From assembly GCA_038060895.1 (NCBI GenBank), contig JBBTCT010000022.1, positions 32,001 to 96,000 on the forward strand: a DNA stretch of 64,000 nucleotides. The letters run 5' to 3'. A program made the position numbers and the translations under genes. The DNA comes from Planctomycetota bacterium. GTDB taxonomy: Bacteria > Planctomycetota > MHYJ01 > WSZJ01. A model generated the notes under the pieces. It did no database searches, had not been told where the DNA came from, and saw nothing but the letters and a program-made list of their open reading frames with translations. This document shows, piece by piece, positions 10,984 to 20,646 of this stretch. How positions within the stretch are numbered: the stretch's first letter is position 1; every line of letters begins with the position of its first letter.

Positions 10984-11270
10984 TTACTCCGGCCGCTGCC
11001 GCGAGGAGCGAGGCCAACAAAAAGGCCCGGCGCCCCGACCGGCGGGATCGGAGACGCAGGGCCGGGCGGGAGGTCCCGCCCCACTGCTATCCCGGCTGCG
11101 AAACCGGGAGGGGATTTGATTCAGTGAGGGCTCGCTCCGCAAATGCCGGGCCCTCTTCCGCCGGGAAGCGACCCGCGGGGCGCCGTGTGATTCCGCGGAA
11201 TCTTCCCCGCACGCGGCGGACTATTTCCCATCCGGCGCCGATTCCCCCTGCGCAGGTCCACAAGCCGCCC

Positions 11271-11286
11271 CGGTCCCGGATTTGCG
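11271..11286 (+). promoter_or_regulatory. sigma54-like promoter of the oxidase operon
   Basis: CGGTCCCGGATTTGCG. Confidence 0.5.
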
Positions 11287-11366
11287 ATGCCGCTCTCTGA
11301 CAATTCCACAGCTGCGCAGGACAGTCCCCGCGCGAGCACCATCAACTCCTGGAGGGCTCTTCCATC

Positions 11367-12167
11367 ATGATCCGCATGTCCCAGCTTGCCCCTGCCGTCC
11401 TTTCCCTGGCGATCGCAATTCTGGCCTCCGGCTGCGGCGATTCGAGCAGCGAACCCGGCGCGGGCGAAGGCAAGCCGGCCGACGGCGCCGGGCAACCGAC
11501 CGGTCCGGAAGTGAAAGTAGACACCGCCACCGCAGGCACGATCTCAGGCGCCGTGAAATTCGAAGGAGCGGCCCCGACCGAGCGCGTCAACTCCGCCGAG
11601 GCAGACGCCTTCTGCCACTCGAAACACCCGGAAGGGATCAAGAGCGAATCGGCCGTCATCGGCGCCGGCGGAGAACTCGCCAACGTCTTCGTCTGGATCA
11701 AAAAGGGAATCACCGGCAAATTCCCGCTTCCGTCAGAACCCGCCGTGCTCACGCAGAGCGGCTGCCGCTACGAGCCGCATGTGCTGGGGCTCCGGAACGG
11801 ACAGGATCTCGTCGTCAAGAACGACGACGACACCATGCATAACGTCCACTCCCTGCCGAAGGCCAACGAGGAATTCAACTTCGCGCAGACGAAGAAGGGG
11901 GACGAAGCGCGGAAGAAGTTCTCTTCGCAGGAAGTGATGGTCAAGTTCAAGTGCGACGCGCACGGGTGGATGAGCTGCTACGTCGGCGTCGTCAATCACC
12001 CCTACTTCGCGGTCACCGCCGCTGACGGAAAATTCGAGCTCAAGAACGTGCCGCCCGGCGAGTACGAAGTCGAGGCGTGGCACGAGAAGTTCGGGAAGCA
12101 GTCCCTGAGCGCAAAGGTTGAGTCGAAGGGGACCGCCACTCTCACCTTCACCCTGAAGGAGAAATAG
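11367..12167 (+). CDS. lipoprotein with cupredoxin-like and carboxypeptidase-regulatory-like domains
   Basis: lipobox ASGC; GCRYEPHV, HNVH and KCDAHGWM (Cys/His/Met copper-type motif). Confidence 0.8.
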   Translation: MIRMSQLAPAVLSLAIAILASGCGDSSSEPGAGEGKPADGAGQPTGPEVKVDTATAGTISGAVKFEGAAPTERVNSAEADAFCHSKHPEGIKSESAVIGAGGELANVFVWIKKGITGKFPLPSEPAVLTQSGCRYEPHVLGLRNGQDLVVKNDDDTMHNVHSLPKANEEFNFAQTKKGDEARKKFSSQEVMVKFKCDAHGWMSCYVGVVNHPYFAVTAADGKFELKNVPPGEYEVEAWHEKFGKQSLSAKVESKGTATLTFTLKEK

Positions 12168-12171
12168 CCGG

Positions 12172-12993
12172 ATGCCCAACAAGCGCGGAGCGGTCTCGGC
12201 CTGGCTGCTGGCCTCGCTTCTGATCCTGTTCACGATCCTCACGGTGGGCGCGTTCTTCGTCCTGAAGTGGCGCCCGGACGTGGCGAGCGAGCACGGGAAA
12301 GGCGTGGACAAGATGATCCTGTACATCATCTTTGCCGCGGGGTTCATCTTCGTCGTCGGGCACCTCGTCCTCTCCGCTTTCCTTGTGAAATTCGGCGGCA
12401 AGAACGGGGCGACCTACAAACCGATGACGCACAGGGCCGAGATGCTCTTCACGATCGGCCCGGTCGTCTTCATGGTCGCGGTGTCGGAGCTGGGAGTCCT
12501 CGCGATCGGCGGACCGGTGTGGAACCAGGTGTACACCCACCAGTCCGGCGACCTCGTCGTCGAGATCACGGCCAAGCAGTACGAGTGGATCTCGCGGTAT
12601 CCGGGGAAGGACGGGAAGTTCGGCCGAAAGCGCCCGGACCTTTTCGACGACCAGGAGAATCCGCTCGGTCTCGACCCGAAGGACCCGGATGCGAAGGACG
12701 ACATCGTGATCCGCGGCGCCGTGTACCTGCCCGTGGGGAAGGGCGCCTGGTTCAACATCCAGTCGTGGGACGTCCTGCACAGCTTCAACGTCCCGGTGCT
12801 CCGCTCGAAGCAGGACGCCGTTCCCGGATTGACGACCCACACGAGGATTCTTCCGACCGTGATCGGGCGTTACGAGATCTCCTGCGCGGAAATCTGCGGG
12901 CCCGGCCACTACAAGATGCGCGGGTTCGTGAACGTGAAGTCGGAAGCGGATTTTTATAAGTGGCTGAAATCGCAGGTGGGCTGGTTCGAGTAA
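12172..12993 (+). CDS. coxB: cytochrome c oxidase subunit II
   Basis: two TM helices; DVLHSF and CAEICGPGHYKM CuA motif. Confidence 0.95.
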   Translation: MPNKRGAVSAWLLASLLILFTILTVGAFFVLKWRPDVASEHGKGVDKMILYIIFAAGFIFVVGHLVLSAFLVKFGGKNGATYKPMTHRAEMLFTIGPVVFMVAVSELGVLAIGGPVWNQVYTHQSGDLVVEITAKQYEWISRYPGKDGKFGRKRPDLFDDQENPLGLDPKDPDAKDDIVIRGAVYLPVGKGAWFNIQSWDVLHSFNVPVLRSKQDAVPGLTTHTRILPTVIGRYEISCAEICGPGHYKMRGFVNVKSEADFYKWLKSQVGWFE

Positions 12994-13115
12994 CACTTCG
13001 ACTCGCCATGCGGGCTCTCTCGGGGCAGGGCCATTCCGTCGGGAAGGGCAATTCCTGAGTTCGTCGCGCCGTTCGAAGTTTTCAGCGGGATGCAGGACAG
13101 ATAGGGAGAAGCAAC

Positions 13116-14861
13116 TTGGCGATCGCGCAAGCGGCAAGGCCGGGGACTCACGAGTCTCACGTGCACGACGGTGGGCACTCGATCGGATTCGTCCGCAAAT
13201 ACATCTTCAGCACGGATCACAAGGTGATCGCCGTCCAGTACATCCTCATGGCGATGCTCATGAGCGTCGTCGGGCTGGGGCTGTCGCTCCTGTTCCGGAT
13301 CCAGCTGGCCTGGCCCGGGAAGGCAGGAATGACGCCGGAGCAGTACGTGAGCTACGTGACGATGCACGGCACGATCATGATCTTCTTCGTCGTGTCGCTG
13401 GCGCTGTCCAGCGGCCTGGGGAACTTCAGCATCCCGCTGCAGGTCGGCGCGCGCGACATGGCTTACCCGCTGCTGAACATGCTGTCCTTCTGGGTCATCG
13501 TCCCCGCGGCCGCCATCATGATCCTCTCGTTTTTCGTCGAGGGCGGAGCCGCCGCCGGCGGGTGGACCGCTTACCCGCCTCTCAGCGCGCTCTCAGGATT
13601 CGGGAAAGTCCCGAGGGGCTCGCCCGGCTCGGGGATGGGCCAGACGCTGTGGCTCCTCGCTATGGCGCTCTTCATCGTCTCCTTCACGATGGGAGGCCTG
13701 AATTACGTCGCCACGATCCTGAACCTGCGCGCCCGCGGGATGAGCCTCATGCGCATGCCGCTCACGGTGTGGACCTGGTTCATCGCGGCCCTCCTCGGGC
13801 TCCTCAGCTTCCCTGCACTTACGGCGGCCGCGATCATGCTGCTTCTCGATCGCCACCTGGGCACGAGCTTCTTCCTGCCGTCAGGGCTCGTCGTCTCCGG
13901 CCAGCAGGCCGTCAACGCAGGGGGCACGCCTCTCCTCTTCCAGCACCTCTTCTGGTTCCTCGGACACCCGGAGGTCTACGTCCTCGTCCTCCCGGCCATC
14001 GGCATCGCCTTTGACGTCCTCGCCGCCTTCTCGCGGCGCCCGCCGCATGGCTATAAATACAGCGTCGGAGCCCTGCTGATCATCGCCTTCCTCGGCATGA
14101 TCGTCTGGGGCCATCACATGTTCACCAGCGGCATGAACCCGTTCCTCGGGAAGTACTTCTCGATCTCCACGCTCCTGATCACCGCGCCTTTCGCGATACT
14201 CGGCGTCAATCTTCTCGCCTCCCTCTGGCGCGCCCGCATCCGCTTCACGACCGCCATGCTCTTCGCCCTCGGGCTCATCTCCGCCGTAGGCACGGGCGGC
14301 ATCGGCGGCCTCTTCCTCGCCACCGCGACCGCCGACCTCCACTTCCACGACACCTACTTCGTTGTCGGCCACTTCCACCTCATGATCGGCGTCGTCACCA
14401 TGACCGGCACGTTCGCCGGGATCTACTACTGGTTCCCCAAGATGTTCGGGCGCTACATGAACGAAACCCTCGGCAAGCTCCACTTCTGGGGCACGTTCAT
14501 CGGCGCCTTCGCCGTCTTCGTCATCCAGCACTTCCAGGGCTTCGGCGGCATGACCCGCCGCTACTTCGAATACTCCGCCGACTACGTCAAGCCCGCCGTG
14601 GCCCTCAATCCGGCCGTCACCGTCTTCGCGTTCCTCGCCATCGCCGCGCAGCTCCCGTTCTTCTTCAACTTCTTCTGGAGCATGTTCAAGGGGAAGAAGG
14701 CCGAAGCGAATCCGTGGGAAGCGACGACGCTGGAGTGGACGACGGCGACGCCGGTGCCGCACGGGAACTGGGACCGCTTGCCGGTCGTGTCGGGCGATCC
14801 GTACGGGTACGCGGCGGGGCCGGACGGCAACGCGCACCGCATGCAGAATGCGGAGGGGTAA
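13116..14861 (+). CDS. coxA: cytochrome c oxidase subunit I, A1 type
   Basis: TDHKVI, TMHGTIM, FWFLGHPEVY, WGHHM, HDTYFVVGHFH. Confidence 0.97.
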   Translation: MAIAQAARPGTHESHVHDGGHSIGFVRKYIFSTDHKVIAVQYILMAMLMSVVGLGLSLLFRIQLAWPGKAGMTPEQYVSYVTMHGTIMIFFVVSLALSSGLGNFSIPLQVGARDMAYPLLNMLSFWVIVPAAAIMILSFFVEGGAAAGGWTAYPPLSALSGFGKVPRGSPGSGMGQTLWLLAMALFIVSFTMGGLNYVATILNLRARGMSLMRMPLTVWTWFIAALLGLLSFPALTAAAIMLLLDRHLGTSFFLPSGLVVSGQQAVNAGGTPLLFQHLFWFLGHPEVYVLVLPAIGIAFDVLAAFSRRPPHGYKYSVGALLIIAFLGMIVWGHHMFTSGMNPFLGKYFSISTLLITAPFAILGVNLLASLWRARIRFTTAMLFALGLISAVGTGGIGGLFLATATADLHFHDTYFVVGHFHLMIGVVTMTGTFAGIYYWFPKMFGRYMNETLGKLHFWGTFIGAFAVFVIQHFQGFGGMTRRYFEYSADYVKPAVALNPAVTVFAFLAIAAQLPFFFNFFWSMFKGKKAEANPWEATTLEWTTATPVPHGNWDRLPVVSGDPYGYAAGPDGNAHRMQNAEG

Positions 14862-14863
14862 GC

Positions 14864-15424
14864 ATGCTGATGAAAATCGAAGCGTGGGGAAGGGAAGAGA
14901 GGGACTCGGCGGAGCTGCCGGAGTCGGTGCGGGCTGAGACGTGGCAGACGCTCACGTACCTGATGATTGCCGGCGGGATCATGCTGTTCACGACGTTCAC
15001 GGCCTCGTACCTGGTGCGGCGGCAGAGTCCCGACTGGGCTCCGGTGCGGTTGCCCGCGCTCGTCTGGGCGAATCTCGCGGTGGTCGGCCTGGCGAGCGTC
15101 ACGATGGAACTGGCCCGTCGCGGCCGCGCCTCGGCTCGCCCGTGGCTGGGTGCGACGATCGGGCTAGGCCTGCTCTTTGTCGCCGGACAGGCCCTGGCCT
15201 GGCGCCAGCTCGCGGCCCAGGGAGTGTTCTTGACGACTTCGCCGCAGGCCTCTTTCTTCTACATGCTCACCGCCGTGCACGCGGCGCACGTCGCGGCAGG
15301 GCTCGCCGTGCTCCTGGCCGCGTTGCGGCGCGCCGGCACGAAGCCGCTCGGCCTGTGCGCCGCCTGGTGGCACTTCGTCGGCGCCGCCTGGGCCTGGGTC
15401 GTGATGCTGCTGAACTTCTTCTAG
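14864..15424 (+). CDS. cytochrome c oxidase subunit III-like protein (first copy)
   Basis: FFYMLTAVHAAHV, WWHFVG; hydrophobic. Confidence 0.85.
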   Translation: MLMKIEAWGREERDSAELPESVRAETWQTLTYLMIAGGIMLFTTFTASYLVRRQSPDWAPVRLPALVWANLAVVGLASVTMELARRGRASARPWLGATIGLGLLFVAGQALAWRQLAAQGVFLTTSPQASFFYMLTAVHAAHVAAGLAVLLAALRRAGTKPLGLCAAWWHFVGAAWAWVVMLLNFF

Positions 15425-15427
15425 GGG

Positions 15428-16048
15428 ATGGCGATGAACCCGACCGCTGTGACGGGGCATGAAGCGGCGTCCGAGGAATCGGAACCCGGTTTCTACGGGA
15501 CGTCGTGGCAGAAGCTGATGATGTGGTGGTTCATCATCGGGGATGCCATCCTCTTCGGCAGTTTCCTCGCCGCCTACGGCTTCGCCCGCATCTCCGCCGG
15601 GAGCTGGCCCGACCGGACGCAGATGTTCAGCATGAACTTCATCACGGTGATGACGTTCACCCTCATCACCTCCAGCGCGACCATGGCCACCGCCGTCGCC
15701 GCTTCCCGCCGCGGCGACCGCAAGGCAGCCTTCAACTTCACGATGGCCACGGCCATCGGAGGCATCGCCTTTCTCGGGATGCAGGCGTACGAGTGGTACC
15801 ACCTGATCCACAACGGCGCGCGCATGGGCACCAACCCCTGGGGCGCCCCCGCGTTCGGCGCGTACTTCTTCACGATCACCGGCTTCCACGGCTCCCATGT
15901 CGCCTCCGGCGTGCTGATCCTGCTCATCACCGCGTGGAATGCGAAGCGCGGGAAGAGCGGACCCGAGGGCGTCGAGCTCACAGGGTTGTACTGGCACTTC
16001 GTCGACCTCGTCTGGGTATTCGTCTTCGGCTGCTTCTACCTCATCTAG
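15428..16048 (+). CDS. coxC: cytochrome c oxidase subunit III
   Basis: FFTITGFHGSHV, GLYWHFVDLVW. Confidence 0.93.
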   Translation: MAMNPTAVTGHEAASEESEPGFYGTSWQKLMMWWFIIGDAILFGSFLAAYGFARISAGSWPDRTQMFSMNFITVMTFTLITSSATMATAVAASRRGDRKAAFNFTMATAIGGIAFLGMQAYEWYHLIHNGARMGTNPWGAPAFGAYFFTITGFHGSHVASGVLILLITAWNAKRGKSGPEGVELTGLYWHFVDLVWVFVFGCFYLI

Positions 16049-16056
16049 GACGCGAC

Positions 16057-16323
16057 ATGAGCGACACCCACCCGGAAGCGAGCTACAGGTCGTACTGGAT
16101 TGCCTGGGGAATCCTGCTGGTCCTGACCCTGGTGATGATCTCGATTTCGAGCAAGGCGCTCCTGCTCGGCGGGATCCTGGTGAAGTCCGTCATCATCGGG
16201 GCGTGGTTCATGCACCTGAAGCACGAGCGCGCGATCCTGATCTGGAGCGTGATCGCGGGAGTCCTGTTCGCAGGGTTCCTGTTCTTCCTGATCTCGTTCG
16301 ACGCGGGGGTGTCGGTCCTGTGA
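16057..16323 (+). CDS. cytochrome c oxidase subunit IV
   Basis: three TM helices with K..I..WFMHLKHE motif. Confidence 0.85.
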   Translation: MSDTHPEASYRSYWIAWGILLVLTLVMISISSKALLLGGILVKSVIIGAWFMHLKHERAILIWSVIAGVLFAGFLFFLISFDAGVSVL

Positions 16324-16574
16324 AGCGGCTCCTTCCCATTGCGCTGTGGCTGTTGCTGGCTCCGGCGGCGTGGGCGGGGAGCTGATGAAAAGGGGACGAC
16401 CCGGGTCCGGCGGACCTGGAACCGGCGCAGCGCTCGCGACTCGGGACGCTGATGCTGATGACGGTTCCCTACCCGCTCATGGCCGGGTTCATGGCGCTGG
16501 CGTGGTGGCAGCAGCGGAAGCGGCGCGCTGCCTCCGCAGAGACAATTTGCGTGGACGGTTCCGGGGACAAGTAG
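16320..16574 (+). CDS. candidate selenoprotein (two tandem in-frame UGA), small exported membrane-anchored protein
   Basis: GTGA overlap with subunit IV; signal peptide ending AWA; TGA-TGA at 16383-16388; frame stays open through a TM helix and RKRR to TAG at 16572-16574. Confidence 0.6.
16401..16419 (+). promoter_or_regulatory. bacterial SECIS-like hairpin
   Basis: CCGGGTCC-GGC-GGACCTGG; the G-starting loop begins 20 nt after the second UGA. Confidence 0.5.
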
Positions 16575-16590
16575 TAAAGTGCATTAACTA
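16572..16590. promoter_or_regulatory. operator palindrome, site 2
   Basis: TAGTAAA-GTGCA-TTAACTA, 15 bp upstream of the start at 16606. Confidence 0.8.
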
Positions 16591-16605
16591 ATCAGGAGCC
16601 ACCTC

Positions 16606-17004
16606 TTGCGCGTCGCCATTCCGGTCACGACAGGCCAGATTCCCAATCACCTGGGCCACTGCACCTCGTTTCTCTTCGCCGACGTGGAAGAGGGCCGCGT
16701 GCTGCGCGAAGAGCTCCTTCCCAATCCCGGCCACGGCCCCGGGGGCCCTCCGCCCGCCTTCCTGGCCCGCAGCGGCGTGACGCACCTGCTGGCTTGGGGA
16801 TGCCCGCCTCCCGCCCTTGAGATGTTCGACGAGGTCGGGATCAAAGTCGCGCTCGGCGCGACGGGGGACGCGAAGGCTGCCCTGCGCGCCTGGCTCGAAG
16901 GGACCCTGAAGCCCGTTTCCGATGGCCTGGACGCCGGAGGCGGGTGCGGCCCGAGCTCTTTGGATGAGGGAAAGGTGCGCGGAGGATGCGCCGGCGGCCA
17001 TTGA
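16606..17004 (+). CDS. NifB/NifX-family (FeMo-cofactor-binding-like) protein
   Basis: RVAIP..HLGHC..F, NPGH, and a Cys/Gly-rich tail. Confidence 0.8.
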   Translation: MRVAIPVTTGQIPNHLGHCTSFLFADVEEGRVLREELLPNPGHGPGGPPPAFLARSGVTHLLAWGCPPPALEMFDEVGIKVALGATGDAKAALRAWLEGTLKPVSDGLDAGGGCGPSSLDEGKVRGGCAGGH

Positions 17005-18724
17005 GTTTCTCAGCCGCGCCGGCTTCCTGCGCGTTGTCCCCACACCCGAGGAGATCGAAGCCCTGTCACCGAAGCGCCGGAAAAAAGTCCTCCTGACCAG
17101 CGTGTGCCGCCCCCTTGGGGAAAGCGCCGGGGACTCCCCGAGCGTAGGCTACGAACTCCTCCACTGCCAGGTCACCCGCGCCCAGGGCATCTTCAGCCCC
17201 CGGTCTCACCACATTCACTTCTCCCTCGAGTACATCGCGCAGAATCTCGAAGCGCCGACGGTGGTGCTTCAGTACCCGTCGAAGCGCGAACTGATCCGTG
17301 AGCTCAGGAAGGGCTATGACGTCGTCGGGGTGTCCTTCGTCATGCCGACTTTTCACCGGATGAAGGAGGTCGTCGCCCTCATTCGGGCGCACTCGCCCGA
17401 CGCGCAGATCGTTCTCGGCGGCTACGGAACTGTCCTCGGGGAGCAGGTCCTGCGGCCGTGGTGCGACCACATTTGCCGCGAGGAGGGCGTCGGGTTCATG
17501 CGCCGTCTCCTTGGCGAGACGGAGATTCCGCTTCCGTACGACCACCCGATGATCGTCAACCCGCTCCGGGTTTTCGGAAAGCAGGTCGGGCGGACGGGAA
17601 TCGTGTTCGGCGGGCTGGGTTGCCCGCACGGTTGCGATTTCTGCTGCACTTCTCATTTCTTCGCCCGCAAACACATTCGCCTTCTTCCCACCGGTGCGGA
17701 CATCTACGGCGTGATCCGGCGGTACCTCGACGTGGATCCGAACATGTCGATCCTCGTGATCGACGAGGATTTCCTCCTGAACCGCAAGAGGGCCATGGAA
17801 CTGCGCGAGTGCGTGCAGGCGGGCGGCGTTCCGCTGAGCATCTTCGTGTTCGCGAGCATCAAGGCGCTCACCCAGTACTCGGTGACGGAAATCATGGAAA
17901 TGGGAATCGACGGGATGTGGATCGGCTATGAAGGGACGCGCTCGGGGTACTCCAAGCAGCAGGGACGGCCCGTGGGGGATATCTTCCGCGAGTTTCGCGC
18001 GCATGGGATCAGCATCCTGGCGTCGATGATCGTCGGATTCCCCTACCAGACGCCGGAGATCATTGAGGAAGAGCTGACGGGGCTTCTCGATCTGCACCCT
18101 GACCTGGGGCAATTCCTGATCTACGGCCCGTCCCCCGGGACGCCGTTCTACGAATCCGTCAAAAAGCAGGGGCTGTTCCACCAGGAGTACGTCGATGACC
18201 CCGAGCTGTACTACAAAAAAGCCAGCGGCTTCTTCTCCATGGTCCGGCATCCGACGATGTCCGCCGGCCAGATCGAGGCCGAACAGAGACGTTGCTTCGA
18301 CGAGGACTTCCGCCGTCTCGGCCCTTCGATCTTTCGCGCGCTTGAAACCTGGCTTCTGGGCCATCTGAAGCTGAAAGACTCTCCCAGCGCCTACCTGCGC
18401 GCGAAGGCGGCCAGTTTCGCCGCGGACTTGCGCAGGTCCTACCCCGTCTTTCTCGCCGGCCGCCTGCTCGGCCCGAACCGGAAGGTCCGCCGCTGGATCG
18501 GCGAGCTGGAAGCGCGAATCCACGCCGCGCTGGGAAAGCCGACACTTCTGGAGCGCGTGCAATCCGTGGCGGCGATCGGTGCGGCGGCGTGGACGGGAAT
18601 CAAACTCAAGCTGGGGCTGTTCCAGCACGTGCCGCTGAAGCGCGGCGAGTGGCGGATGGAAGAGACCCGTCGGTCCCTGTCGGCGCCCTCACCCGAAGTC
18701 CGCGTCGCCGCAGGGACGCCCTAG
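16964..18724 (+). CDS. cobalamin-binding radical SAM protein (start uncertain)
   Basis: GCPHGCDFC (CxxxCxxC); N-terminal B12-binding-like domain (DVVGVSF..IVLGG). Confidence 0.85.
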   Translation: MRERCAEDAPAAIEFLSRAGFLRVVPTPEEIEALSPKRRKKVLLTSVCRPLGESAGDSPSVGYELLHCQVTRAQGIFSPRSHHIHFSLEYIAQNLEAPTVVLQYPSKRELIRELRKGYDVVGVSFVMPTFHRMKEVVALIRAHSPDAQIVLGGYGTVLGEQVLRPWCDHICREEGVGFMRRLLGETEIPLPYDHPMIVNPLRVFGKQVGRTGIVFGGLGCPHGCDFCCTSHFFARKHIRLLPTGADIYGVIRRYLDVDPNMSILVIDEDFLLNRKRAMELRECVQAGGVPLSIFVFASIKALTQYSVTEIMEMGIDGMWIGYEGTRSGYSKQQGRPVGDIFREFRAHGISILASMIVGFPYQTPEIIEEELTGLLDLHPDLGQFLIYGPSPGTPFYESVKKQGLFHQEYVDDPELYYKKASGFFSMVRHPTMSAGQIEAEQRRCFDEDFRRLGPSIFRALETWLLGHLKLKDSPSAYLRAKAASFAADLRRSYPVFLAGRLLGPNRKVRRWIGELEARIHAALGKPTLLERVQSVAAIGAAAWTGIKLKLGLFQHVPLKRGEWRMEETRRSLSAPSPEVRVAAGTP

Positions 18725-18737
18725 TGGTGAGTCAGCA

Positions 18738-18782
18738 TTGATTTCGGGGGTCGCGTCCGAAGGGCGCGACCCCCGGAATCAA
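18738..18782. terminator. GC-rich stem-loop after the radical SAM gene
   Basis: TTGATTTCGGGGGTCGCG...CGCGACCCCCGGAATCAA. Confidence 0.6.
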
Positions 18783-18917
18783 GCGCGTCGAACTATTAGC
18801 CGCACCCGCAATTTTCCGCATCCCCGTGTGGAATTCCCCGCTTCAGGAACCCTTCGCTCCTGAATTCAACCGGGCACGCATTTGCAGGGTCTACGCGTGC
18901 CTCTTGAGGAGAATGAC

Positions 18918-19967
18918 GTGAGAGACTTCGCGCCGCTGCCAGACGACACCCGCTTCCAGGACATCCTCTACGTGAAGTCGGACGGCGTGGCCACGGTCAC
19001 AATCAACCGTGCCGCCGCGCACAACTCCTACTCGACGCACTGCCTCGTCGAACTCGAGAGGGCGTTTACCGACGCTTCTCGGGACGACCGCGTCGCCGTC
19101 GTGGTCTTCACGGGCGCCGGAACCCGGGCGTTCTGTACGGGTGGAGACGTGAAGGAGTACGCGACGGAATACGTGAAGCGGCCGCGCGACTACTGGAAGT
19201 ACATGGGGTTGTTCCGGGCGTACATCGAATCGATCATGCACTGCGGCAAGCCGGTGATCGCCCGCATCAACGGCATGGCGGCCGGCGGCGGCAACGAATC
19301 GCAGCTCGCCTGCGACCTCGGAGTGATCGCAGAGCACGCCTGGGTCGGCCAGGTCGGCACCTCCGTCGGCTCCGTCGCCTGCGGCGGCGCCACGCAATGG
19401 CTGCCGCTGGTCGTGGGAGACCGTCGCGCCCGCGAGATGCTCCTGCTCAATCCGCGAATCCCCGCCCGCAAGGCGCTGGACTGGGGACTCGTCAACGCCG
19501 TCGTGCCCAGCGTCACGCACGAAGGGAAGTTCGTCGAGGGCGCTTCGGAAGAACAGATCCGTCTCGCCCAGGACGGGAAGGAAGGCTGGAGGATCGACCT
19601 GTCGCGGCTCGACCAGAAGGTGGCGGAGTACGTGAAGAGCCTGAAGGAGAAGTTTCCGGAGTGCCTGCGTTATACGAAGGCGCAGACGAACCAGAACAAG
19701 GAAGCGATCTGGCACGCGACGGTGTCTCATGCGCAGGAGTGGCTGGCGCTGCATTTCACCAGCCCGGAGCCGCAGGAGGGGATGAAGGCCTTCGCGGAGA
19801 AGCGGCCGGTGGACTGGGTTGGGGTCCGGTCCAAGTGGGCCGACGACCGGTCGCCCGAGTATGCGTGGGGAGCGCCGGGGGCGAAGTGCGGCCAGTGCGG
19901 GTCGAATTCCATGCCCGAGGGATTCTCCTTCTGCGGGAAGTGCGGCCATGAGCTCAAAGCCCGCTGA
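18918..19967 (+). CDS. oah: 6-oxocyclohex-1-ene-1-carbonyl-CoA hydrolase (Oah/BamA)
   Basis: crotonase fold with AFCTGG.VKEYA and GGGNE; C-terminal CxxC..FCGKCG; GTG start after GAGGAG; clustered with dch and had. Confidence 0.85.
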   Translation: MRDFAPLPDDTRFQDILYVKSDGVATVTINRAAAHNSYSTHCLVELERAFTDASRDDRVAVVVFTGAGTRAFCTGGDVKEYATEYVKRPRDYWKYMGLFRAYIESIMHCGKPVIARINGMAAGGGNESQLACDLGVIAEHAWVGQVGTSVGSVACGGATQWLPLVVGDRRAREMLLLNPRIPARKALDWGLVNAVVPSVTHEGKFVEGASEEQIRLAQDGKEGWRIDLSRLDQKVAEYVKSLKEKFPECLRYTKAQTNQNKEAIWHATVSHAQEWLALHFTSPEPQEGMKAFAEKRPVDWVGVRSKWADDRSPEYAWGAPGAKCGQCGSNSMPEGFSFCGKCGHELKAR

Positions 19968-20646
19968 CCGCGGCGCGATCGTCACCGGCGGCGCTTCGGG
20001 AATCGGCGCCTGCGCCTCGAAAGCGCTCGAGAGCGAGGGCTACGTCGTCTGCCGCGTCGATCTCGCGGAGCCCGGGGACGTGCTGGGGGACGTGCGCGCC
20101 GAAGGGACGGCGCGGCGGGCGCTCGACTGGCTCCGGGAGAAGGGGACCGGACCGGACGTGCTGGTGAACTGCGCCGGGATCACGCGCGGCGCGGCGATGC
20201 CGAAGCTGACGCAGGAGGACTGGGATCTCGTCATCGGGGTGGACCTGACCGGGGCGTTCGTGTTCACGAAGGCGGTCTCGCCCGTGATGGCGGAGCGCGG
20301 CGGCGGCCGGATCGTGAACGTCGCTTCGACGCTTGCGCTGCGCGCGCGACGAGGGACGGCGGCGTACGCGGCGGCGAAGGCGGGGTTGCTCGGGTTCACG
20401 CGAGCCTGCGCGCGCGACCTCGGGCCGAAGAACATCAACGTCAACGCGGTTGCGCCGGGGCTCGTGCTGACGCGGTTGGCGGACGAGATCCCGGCGGAGA
20501 CGCGAGAGAAGCTGCTCGCGGAGACCGCGCTGGGCCGCTTTGCCACCCCGGAGGACGTCGCGGGAGTGATCGTCTTTCTCTGCTCGCCTGCTGCGCGCCA
20601 TGTCACGGGCGAAACCATCCGCGTCGATGGAGGACAACTCGCATGA
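19948..20646 (+). CDS. short-chain dehydrogenase (possible 3-hydroxypimeloyl-CoA dehydrogenase)
   Basis: TGGASGIG, NCAG, YAAAK. Confidence 0.85.
   Translation: MSSKPADRGAIVTGGASGIGACASKALESEGYVVCRVDLAEPGDVLGDVRAEGTARRALDWLREKGTGPDVLVNCAGITRGAAMPKLTQEDWDLVIGVDLTGAFVFTKAVSPVMAERGGGRIVNVASTLALRARRGTAAYAAAKAGLLGFTRACARDLGPKNINVNAVAPGLVLTRLADEIPAETREKLLAETALGRFATPEDVAGVIVFLCSPAARHVTGETIRVDGGQLA

Noticed and set aside
16383-16388. Genome-wide UGA reassignment to Trp or Gly
   Set aside because: Many genes here end in TGA with ATGA/GTGA coupling, so UGA is a normal stop.
18738-18782. FNR box (TTGAT...ATCAA)
   Set aside because: The half-sites are 35 bp apart, not 4; they are the base of a stem-loop.
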